64,000 bases of DNA from Octopus vulgaris (Eukaryota), in assembly GCA_951406725.2 (NCBI GenBank), contig OX597826.1:32922001-32986000 (forward strand), given 5' to 3'. The notes under the pieces are model-generated. The model did no database searches, was not told the origin of the DNA, and was given only the letters and a program-made list of their open reading frames with translations. Within the stretch, counting starts at the first letter, position 1, and the number at the start of each line of letters is the position of its first letter. Made by a program: the position numbers and the translations under genes. Of the stretch, positions 53,598-64,000 are shown one piece after another.

Positions 53598-55436
53598 CTA
53601 ATAATACTTAATAATAAAATCATGATGGGATTCTTTAAAGCATCGAATGGCTATGAGGGTCCATCTGAATAAAAGAGGAATCAAAGTAGCCCATAGATAA
53701 AAAATGGTCGAGAGCCACTGACCCTCTCTCATTCTCAATGATGTGTTTAGTCAAGAGTGAGAATGCCCAAATGGTGCCAATGAATGCACACAGCTTCACA
53801 GGCACCTAAAGGTAATAGTGAAAGCATGGTACACACTATCAGATCATATTTACTTGTGAGTTATGATTAAGCTTAGGTTTACATATAACTGAGTACTGCA
53901 CTGCTCTCCTCTGCCCCATTGACTATTATCAACCTGCAGACTGCATTAAAATCAGTAGGGAGCACTTTAACAGCATAATGTCCCCAAATATCTTGATCCA
54001 TAAATTATGAGGGCAGGTGATATGACTCAGTTCCACGCTTTTGGTAAGTTATGTGTTCCCATTAATGAAATTCCCATTTCAAATTCTTTTTATGTTGGAA
54101 TTTTGTTGTGATTCCGTTTGTGATATGAAACATTTTTTCTGTGAGGTTTGGCTGAAGATATTGGCTTTGGTATTTTTCTGTGAGGATGCAGTTAAGGTAG
54201 AGTTGTAATGGTGAAATGGAAATGATATTGAGTGAGAGAGAGGGCAAGAAAGAAGGAGGGAGAGCGAGCGAGAGGGTGAGTGAGATAGAGGTAAGAGAGA
54301 GAGAAGGGGTGAGATAGAGGTGCAAGAGGAGAGAGAGTAGGGGATGAGAGACAGGGTGAGAGTGGGGGATGAGAGAGAGAGAGTGGGGATGTGACAGAGA
54401 TATGAGAGAGAAGGGTATGTGAGAGCGAGGGGACAGTGGGGGATGTGAGAAAGAGAGAGTGGGGATGTAACAGAGAGGGGGTGAGAAGGGGTGTGAGAGG
54501 GGTATGGGAGAGAACGAAGTAAGAAATAGAGGGGAATGAGAGAGAGAGACAAAGAAAGGGAGGAAGAAGGAAAGAAAAAGAACAGAGAGAGAAAGAAAAA
54601 GAGGAAGACAAAAAGGCAAAGAGAGATAGAGGGATAGAGAGGGAGAATGAGTGAGTTAGGGAGAGTAAGAGCAAGAGAGAGAGAGAGAGAGAGAGAGAAT
54701 ATTATTCGTTGCTATTTATACCTGGTGGTATTGTTTGTGTTGAATCTTTAAGTCTTTCCTGAGATTAGCAAACACAAACTGCATCCTGAATTATAAATAT
54801 TAAAACAAACTATTTATGCCTGAAATGCATGGGTTTCATGGAGTGTCACACAATCATCAGCAAAGAAAGGACGTTGGTTGTGGCAGTCATTGCAGGTATA
54901 TGCTTCATTGAGCTATTCCATGTTACCATTTGACTGGTGAGGTAATTCCATTATATTTCAAATTTACCATTCTGCAAAAGAACCTGTTCTTGAGGAAATT
55001 CATCAAGGTAAAATGCACAAATTGCCATGTTCACTATATTCCATTAATGTATATGTAGTTCTATGCATAAATATTGGGATCCTAATACAAATATTTCTTA
55101 TTATGCATTACAATATATCTCCATGTGATAGACACATAAAGTGCTCAATAATTAATGTAGAGCATATTATATCAAATGTATTTTATCTTTTCTCTTTTAT
55201 CTTTTACTTGTCTTGGTCATTACACTGCAGCCATGATGGGCCACCACTTTGAAGAATTTTTGGTTGAATGAATTGACCACAGAACTTATTTTTTTAAAGC
55301 CAGCTGCTGATTCTACTGGATGCTTTTGCCAGTTTACCAAACTGGTAAGTTGCAGGGAGCATAAACATGCCAACACCAATTTCTCAAGCAGTGATGGGGA
55401 ACAAATACAGATACAAAGACACAAAGACACACACAC

Positions 55437-55470
<34 letters not shown>

Positions 55471-55627
55471 TATATATATATATATATAAGCCATTTGAAA
55501 GCAGTACCCTCTAATGGTCACAATTTATGGACAAATTCTAAAAAAAATTTATGTAAAAGTAAACTTGTATGAAGACACAAAGGTCCTTCTGCTAAAGAAT
55601 GAAAATTATCTATCTGTCTATCTGTCA

Positions 55628-55672
<45 letters not shown>

Positions 55673-55673
55673 C

Positions 55674-55811
<138 letters not shown>

Positions 55812-55812
55812 G

Positions 55813-55847
<35 letters not shown>

Positions 55848-56328
55848 GTCTGTCTGTCTGTCTGTCTATCTGCCTGTTTATCTTTCTGTCAGTTTATCTA
55901 TCTATCTATCTTTCTATAGATAAATAGATAGATAGATAAATAGACACATATTTTTTATCTTTTACTTGCCTAAGTTATTGGACAGCAGCCATTCAGGCAG
56001 TACTGGCAACGGCCATGCTCAGGTCATGTTTTTTACGTGTCACCTGCCCAGGAACCAGTCCAGCGGCACTGGCAACGACCTCGCTTGAATGTTTTTCACA
56101 TGCCACCAGCACACGTGCCAGTGAGGTGACGCTGGTAACGATCCCGTTTGAATGGTGCTTTTTATGTGCCACCGGCACGGAAGCCAATCAGCTGCTCTGG
56201 CATCGGTCACACTCAGATGGTGCTCTTAGGGCTCCACCGGCACAATTTGCAAATTTGACTTGATTTCTATTTCACTTGCCTCAACAGGTCTTCGCAAGCA
56301 GAGTTTAGTGTCCACTGAAGGAAAGGTA

Positions 56329-56368
<40 letters not shown>

Positions 56369-57225
56369 ACAAACAAGATGAGGACAAATATCCATCAAAT
56401 GTAAATAATGTAAATAATGTAAATAATAAAATTTTTAACTTCTACAAATTTTTATTACTCCTTAGCTCATAAACAAGCACAAAAAAGCAGTTGTACTATA
56501 TACAGGGTATTGTTCTCCATTAAAAAAATTAACTTATATATATATACACGCACACATATGACAGGCTTCCTCACAGTTTCTGTCAACTGAATTCATTCAG
56601 AAGGTATTTATTAGCCTGGGGCTATGATAAAAGACACTGACCTAAGTTACTGCAGTGTAGGACTGAACCCAAAACCACATGGTTTCAAAGTGAGCTCCTT
56701 AACCACAGAGCCATCCACGCAAATATATCCTACATATATGTGCAAAACATCTCTTAAATATTTCCAAATGATGATAACACATCATCAATTAGTCAAAGTC
56801 TCTTTCACCTGTTTATCTGTTGCGATAAAATTACAAATAGTTTCATGGTATTTGGAATGATAGAATTTTCCTTTGCTCACACACAAGCTGTCAAAAGCGA
56901 TTGAAAGCAGCAACAGCCAGACTTGTTGTTTTGAGAAATGTTTCCACCAGCTGTTATTTGAAACTCTATTCCTTGATAGTGAAATTACATAGGATACCTT
57001 TACAATCTGGTCAGGTCATATATTGCTGTAGTTTTTATTTTCTTTGTCCTCTTCTAAATTCGACAATATTCAAAGCTGACATTTGTTCGCATCTGTTCAC
57101 ATCTTTCTGAAGAACAATAACAAAAAAGACAAAAAACAAAGGGAAGCAAGCAAAAAAAAAAACGTCCACTAAACTCTATAGTGCATTCAGGATGAGGGAA
57201 GTGTGTGCATGCGCATTATGACACA

Positions 57226-57453
57226 TGAGCTGGCAGAATTGTGAGCACGCTGGGCGAAATGCTTAGCAGTATTTCATCAACTGTTAGGTTCTGAGTTCAA
57301 ATTCCGCTGAGCTCAACTTTGTCTTTCATCCTTTCGGGGTTGATTAAATAAGTACCAGTTACACACTGGGGGCCAATGTAATCAACTTAATCCCTTTGTC
57401 TGTCCTTGTTTGTCCCCTTTATGTTTAGCTCCCTGTGGGCAATAAAGAAATAC
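57226..57453 (+). mobile_element. SINE family B with 10-bp TSD
   Basis: TTATGACACA at 57216-25 and 57454-63. Confidence 0.9.
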
Positions 57454-57902
57454 TTATGACACACATGCATTCACATACACGTACAGATATGCACTGGCAC
57501 TAAGTCCTATGTAAGTGATTAAACGAACACCATTATCATCATCCTCATGACATGTTCAGTCCCACTGTGCAGCAAGTCACTTCTGTTATAGCCTTGGCCT
57601 GACCAAAGCCATGCCAATGGACAGGGTAGATGGAATTTGAAAAAAAAAAAGCCTCATGCATTTGTACCACGTAGAAAGCACTCAGTCCACTTTGCTGGGG
57701 GTTGGTGTTAGGAAGGACATCCAGCTGTAAAAACCCTGCCAAAACAGGCAGAAGTCTGGTGCAGGCTGGTTCCTGACAAATAGTCAAACCTATGCCAGCA
57801 TGGAAGACGGATGTTAACCTATGGTTGCACGGAACAAAGGCGTTAAATGGTGATGATGAGGGTGATGACGATGATATATTATATATATATATATATATAT
57901 AT

Positions 57903-58089
57903 AGGGAGAGTTTATGAAAAAAAACAAAAGATGAAGACAGGTGGTGTACAAAACAAACAGATGTATTAGTATAACGCTCAGGAATAGAAAGAGTCTTTTA
58001 CGTTTCGAGCCTACACTCTTCTACAGAAAGGGACACAAAAAAACAAGGAGAGAAAAAAATGTGTGTAGTGGCTAACGATCTATCATGGC
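57903..58089 (-). mobile_element. PLE pseudo-LTR-like repeat (A6U family), best-preserved copy; hammerhead-like motif at 57995-58030
   Basis: Minus strand reads CUUU CUGUAGA A GAGU GUAG GCUC GAA ACGU A AAAG. Confidence 0.7.
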
Positions 58090-58889
58090 ATGTGTGTGTG
58101 TGTGTGTGTAAATGTGTGTTTGCTTGTGTGAGGGCATAGAAAGAGAAAGAATAATAGTTTGGTGGAAAGATGAAAGAAAGGAAAATAAGAGGACAAAGAA
58201 TATATAAAAACCAACAACATAGACAAAGAGATGGTATGATGTAAAAACAAAATAAAACATAGCCATCGATATGCAAATACACAAACTCATGTAGTGATAC
58301 AACAACAGCAATAATATAACTACCCCCTCACCCCCATTTGTAGTGTATATTTCTTGATGAATAATGTTGCCCGTTGAGACCAATGTGTGAATCTATACTA
58401 CGGAGACACAGGACTTGAGGACAATATATTGTTGTATATATATTAGTGTCTGTATATTATATATATCAATATATATGTGTGTGAGAGATGGTTGTGAAAG
58501 CATCTGAGGTGAGTTTTTTATGAAAACAATGAACTGATCTTGCATTGACATTTATTGTGACATTTAAAATGATTAATTATATTAATCATGCCACAATAAA
58601 TTACCTGCTGTGTCTTAAAAATATGATCTCTCTTTCTCTCTCTTCTGCCATCTCTGCTTTTCCCTCTTTCTCTATTTCTTTCTCTGTCCCTGAATCTCTA
58701 AATAATGTATTCATTGCTTCGAGCCTGTAACTCTTCATTCATTGACTCTATTGTGAATTATTTGTTTGTCACCAGGATAGTGAGTTAAATCATCTCATGG
58801 ACATATTTCCGGTGAATTATATTAATCTGGCTTATAATTAGTTATAAAACTAATTGAAAAGTTTGTTGAAATAACTAAAATTTTCATTA

Positions 58890-59348
58890 TTAACACTTTA
58901 GCATTCATACTGGCCACAACAGGCTCAAATAAATTTCTTTACTACCCACAAGGGGCTAAACACAGAGAGGACAAACAAGGACAGACAAACGAATTAAGTC
59001 GATTATATCGACCCCAGTGCATAACTGGTACTTATTTAATCGACCTCGAAAGGATGAAAGGCAAAGTCGACCTCGGCGGAATTTAAACTCAGAACGTAGC
59101 GGCAGACGAAATACTGCTAAGCATTTCGGCCGGCATGCTTATGATTCTGCCAGCTCGCCAAATAGTCTACCGGTTTTATGCTCAGACCAGCTGGATCTGT
59201 CCTCTCACACCTATCCAACAGTGCCATTCTAAGAAAACAATCACATAGCTGAAACTTTAAAGCTGTGAGACAATCCATCATTAATTCCAAACAGTGTGAA
59301 TAAATAAATGTTACAGTTGATGGATTAATCTGAAGGCTAACGGTTTAA
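58890..59348. mobile_element. piggyBac-like MITE (TTAA-flanked) interrupted by a SINE B (58932-59158)
   Basis: TTAA-CACTTTAGCATTCA ... TGAAGGCTAACGGT-TTAA degenerate TIRs. The SINE is bounded by a CAAATA duplication (58926-31 and 59159-64). Confidence 0.7.
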
Positions 59349-59494
59349 AGGAATGTTTGGAACTCAGATCCACTCACAAGGTTTTGGTCAGCCTGAGGCT
59401 GTAGTATAAGACATTTGTCCAAGGTGCTACACTGTAGGACTGAACTTCAAACCATGTGGTTGGGAAACAAGCTTCTTACCACATCATCACATCA

Positions 59495-59770
59495 CTGTTC
59501 GACCGCGGTCGAGACAACGGAACCCACCACACCACGCCAGACCTCACAGCCCACCATGGCACCACGGAGGTCCTGCTGCTGGATGCCTGCATCCCTGGAG
59601 ACCACATCAGGGTAGGAGAGAGTGCGCCCGCTGGCACCGCGAGCAGATGGCCTCCAGAGGAGAAGAGCAGAAACCACCTCTCCCCCAGCTCCACAACAAC
59701 GTCCAGCAAACTGGACTCTCCCACACTTCGTATCTCACAGCCATGCCTGGCAAGCTTTTCAAGACACTGC
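59495..59770 (+). mobile_element. GC-rich fragment, possibly a non-LTR retrotransposon RLE region
   Basis: Translation TTPDLTAHHGTTEVLLLDACIPGD resembles the PD..D-x-x-P endonuclease motif, and there is an abrupt GC shift. Confidence 0.4.
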
Positions 59771-59820
59771 TACTCTGCATTACTATTTTGATATAAATAT
59801 GTGCATGTGTGTGTGTGTGT

Positions 59821-59857
<37 letters not shown>

Positions 59858-60054
59858 TGCTTGTGTCAGTGTTTGTCCTCTGCCAGTGCTCAAAATCTGG
59901 TGTATGTTTGTTGACATCCCCGTAACTTAGTGGCTTGACAAAAGAGACCAACAAAATAAGTACAAGGCTTAAATAAAGCATCAAGGTTGTACCCCAGCAC
60001 GGCCACATTCTAAATATTGAAAATATTGAAAATAGAAAATAAAAGATCAAAAAG

Positions 60055-60109
<55 letters not shown>

Positions 60110-60627
60110 GTACTACTGCTGCTACTGCTGCTGCTGCTGCTACTACTATTATTATTGTTATTATTATTACTACTACTACCATCATCATCATCATCATCAT
60201 CATCATCATTATCGATTCATTTGATTGGATCTATTATTTCTTTAAAACTTAGGCTTTTTTGTTAAAAGGAAACAATATAAAATTCCAATTCCTTTTTGTT
60301 GTACCTGCCGTATATTACGCTTCCTTTTTCCTGTATAAATATATGGCGCCATGTATTACCAAAGGAAAATAATATTCAAGAACTTCAGTTTAAAATTTCC
60401 AGATTTTTAATATTCTCTTTGAGGATTTCCATGAGCTTTTTTTCCTTATTAATCCCAACGTGAGATTATATAACACCAGAGAAGCTTCTTGAAATAAAAA
60501 AAAAGGAAAATATTACAACAAAAATATGAAAAATAAAAGGAAAAGGGTAGGTAGGAATTTTATATATAGCTAACAGCTTCCTTGGTTTCATATATGGGTA
60601 TGCACACACACATATGCATATATATAT

Positions 60628-60668
<41 letters not shown>

Positions 60669-60792
60669 GATATATATATTTTATATATATATATATGTAT
60701 GAATATATATGTATGTATATATATATATATATATATATGCATACATATATTTTATATATATATATGAATATATATATATACATATGTATATA

Positions 60793-60887
<95 letters not shown>

Positions 60888-62155
60888 CTAAATAGCTAAT
60901 AACATTCCCTCTTGAATAAATAGTGAGTTTTCTCATTTTTTGCGGTTAAATCTTAACTCGCACTCACACTATTTCTCTCTCAATTTCACTTTTGTCTTTC
61001 TTTCTTATCTCTCTCTTTTTCTCACTTCACCTCTGTTCCCCCTCTTCTTTCTTCTCTCTCTCTACCTCTCAGGTTTTGAAGATGAAATTATAAATTTGCT
61101 AATGTAAATATTGTGAATTAAATTTACTCTATACAGAAAGATTTCTTTTGTTTCGTATCCAATGAAGGAATCGCAAGATTGCTCGAAAATTAAAAACTGA
61201 AATGCCATATAATGTGTATATATATATGTGTGTGTGTGTGTATGTGTGTATGTGTGTGTATATATATATGTATGTATGGATGTATGGATGTATGTATGTA
61301 TGTATGTATATACATACATATATATACATGCCATATACATACATATATATTCATGCCATATATATATATATATATACATACATAAATACACATACATGCT
61401 TATATATATATATATATATAACAAATAAACAGTGTATTGGGTAAAAAAGAGACAAAACTGAAGAAATTTTTCTATCAACATTGACAATTTTTTATTATTT
61501 TTTTATTATCTGTTGCCTTTTTGTTTTTTAAAATTATTTTATTATTTTTCTCTTGATTACACAGTTCTGGAATACCATTTCTGGAGAATGAGGGAATAAC
61601 ATTAATCTAATAATATAAGCTATATAAGTTATTTTAAAGAATCAATGATTGCAGAGTTTATCAGATTACAAATGAAGAAAATGGAACAAGAATCATCTTC
61701 ATCTTATTATATCAATAACGTTTGGGAAGAATTAAGAATGGTGAGATATTTATTTGTTTAATCTACAAGTTTCTAAGAAGTCTAAAAGAATAGATCTGCT
61801 ACACAAAGTCTCGAGTGATTCCTTTCCAAATCAGTAGTCTTGGAGATGTATTGCAATGATACTTTGACATATTGTGTGGAATGGAGTAGGATATTGGATA
61901 TTTTGGTTAATTTCTAAGGATTAGGTTTTTTTAGGGAATTCCTTGCATTTAAATATTACATTAATTCTAGCCAAAGTTCTTCATTGTTAAACGTGTGTGT
62001 GTGTGTGCGTAAAAATGAAATTGAAAAACAAAGAGTATTTTTTGCGGCAGTGACACACACACACACACAAATACATACATGCATGTATATATTATATATA
62101 TATATACATATATCTGATGTAATATATAAATGTATATATTTGTATATATATATTT

Positions 62156-62192
<37 letters not shown>

Positions 62193-62309
62193 CATATATA
62201 TATGCATACACATATATTTGTATAAATATAGGTAGACATATAGATAGATAGGTAGATAGATAGACAGACAGACAGGCAGACAGACAGATAGACAGACAGA
62301 TAGATAGAA

Positions 62310-62350
<41 letters not shown>

Positions 62351-62546
62351 TAGATAGATAGATACATACATACATACATACATACATACATACATACATA
62401 CATACATAAATAGACAGACAGACAGATAGAGATAGATAGATAGATAGAAAGATAGATAGATAGATACATACATACATACATACATACATACATAAATAGA
62501 CAGACAGACAGATAGATTGATAGATAGATAGATAAATAGATAGATA

Positions 62547-63406
62547 ACTTTCGTTTATTAGCCACACAGGGCTGAATACAGAGGGGACACATACAAATGC
62601 AGAGCTTTTCTTTTCGAGGGTGGAAAAAAAGAAAATAAATGTAAGATTGCGATCAAAAGGGATCGAGAGGAGAAAAGCCTACAGAAAAGACCACGGGAAC
62701 CTCAGTCAGGGAGGAAATAACCACATGAGATCAAAATGCTCTCTTTCTTTCTTTTTTACGATCTACAGGATCATGCTCAAAATGGTTTCATTACTAGCAC
62801 GCACCATCTTTGCAACATTCACCCATCTTTTTGAATCTTTCGCGAGACAAAACTTCCCTCTCCATTCTCACCTTCCTTTTCAAGTGGTACTTGAAAAAGT
62901 TGATGAGCGATTGGCCAGAGAGGTAAGTGTTTGTCTCTAATCCTTTCGCTTCGAGTCCACCACACACATTCTTTCACCATGGCCACCAGTACGATGAAAA
63001 CTGCCTTGCCTTCCCGGTTGAGGGAAGGGGGTGGAGCAATTCTCACGATAGATTCGGCCGATAGGCGGATACGTCCCACATGTGACAGCAGCCGTTCGGC
63101 ATAAGCCCACAGGTCGGAAATGGTTGGACATTGCACGAGTGCGTGCAGAATGGTTTCGTCGCTCTGACCGCATCTCGGGCAAGTCGGTCCAGTGTGTCTG
63201 GAACCGTGACTGTAGAGCTTATCCCGAACAAGTAATGCTTCTCGATAGCACTGCCAGGCCAGGGATCTTTGGTGATTGTTCATAGGTCCCGGCCCGAAAG
63301 TTGTCCTGAACAGGCGGGTCAGGTGTTCCTCGTCGACGCCCAGACTCTGCCCGAGTTCGTCGTCGCACCTCCCCTCCACTAATCCTCTATAGAATGCCTT
63401 TGTTGT
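62547..63406 (-). mobile_element. 5'-truncated Tx1/L1-clade LINE in a (GATA)n tract
   Basis: ORF 62819-63379 contains a zf-RVT-like C-terminus (LAWQCYREALLVRDKL..CPRCGQSDETILHALVQCPTISDLW). There is a frameshift near 62945, a 3' UTR ending AATAAACGAAAGT-(TATC)n, and (GATA)n on both sides. Confidence 0.85.
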
Positions 63407-63479
<73 letters not shown>

Positions 63480-63511
63480 GGATAGATAGATAGATAGATA
63501 AATAGACAGAC

Positions 63512-63602
<91 letters not shown>

Positions 63603-64000
63603 CAAAAGTTGTTGCAGCTAATAAGAGGCTAATCTTCATTGCTTTTAAATCTCAATAGATAACAGGATTTCAAAAGCTACACTATTCGGGCTCAGTCAAT
63701 TATTTTCCAATGTGGTCATGAAAATTGCAAATTCATAAGATTATTGAGGCATTTTGACTTTGTCTTCATATAATTTCTTCAGGATAAGTCAACCCAAGGG
63801 GACACAGTCCTTATCTAAACCAAATTAATAGGAGAGATTCAGACTGTTGGACAGGGACACTAAACCTGATTTTGTCTTTTAGCTTGTTGTCCACCATCCA
63901 CACTTTATTGCTACAACAATATCCACCCTTTAACCCATACACACCCATAAAATAATGAAGTCTTGACATTTCACTGTATTTAGATTAAACATTATGGTAA

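Noticed and set aside
53880-54060. Possible CR1/L2-like ORF remnant (EYCTALLCP...)
   Set aside because: The similarity is too weak to support without a search.

Overview
This is AT-rich eukaryotic non-coding DNA saturated with microsatellites ((TA)n, (TG)n, (TATG)n, (GATA)n, (TAA)n, (GAT)n) and interspersed repeats. The repeat families and microsatellite load suggest an octopus/cephalopod genome (inference, no database search). I can support no host protein-coding gene; almost all ORFs in the track are microsatellite translations. Recognisable elements: a 5'-truncated RLE-type (R4/Dong-like) LINE in a (TAA)n tract (6176-7505); a full-length but inactivated mariner (15985-17280); two deleted Tc1/mariner elements; a Tx1/L1-like LINE 3' fragment in a (GATA)n tract (62547-63406); a Helentron-associated (HINE-like) element; a piggyBac-like MITE; several dozen tRNA-derived SINE copies in at least four families; and a 78-bp tandem array. 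The most striking signal is a dense set of about a dozen type I hammerhead ribozyme (HHR)-like motifs from several unrelated repeat families that resemble Penelope-like element (PLE) pseudo-LTRs. They include copies with intact catalytic cores, head-to-head palindromic pairs, a family with a compensatory G3:C8 swap of the C3:G8 pair, a possible U3:A8 variant, and a family with A6U in every readable copy. All folds were done by eye and need computational and in vitro confirmation.
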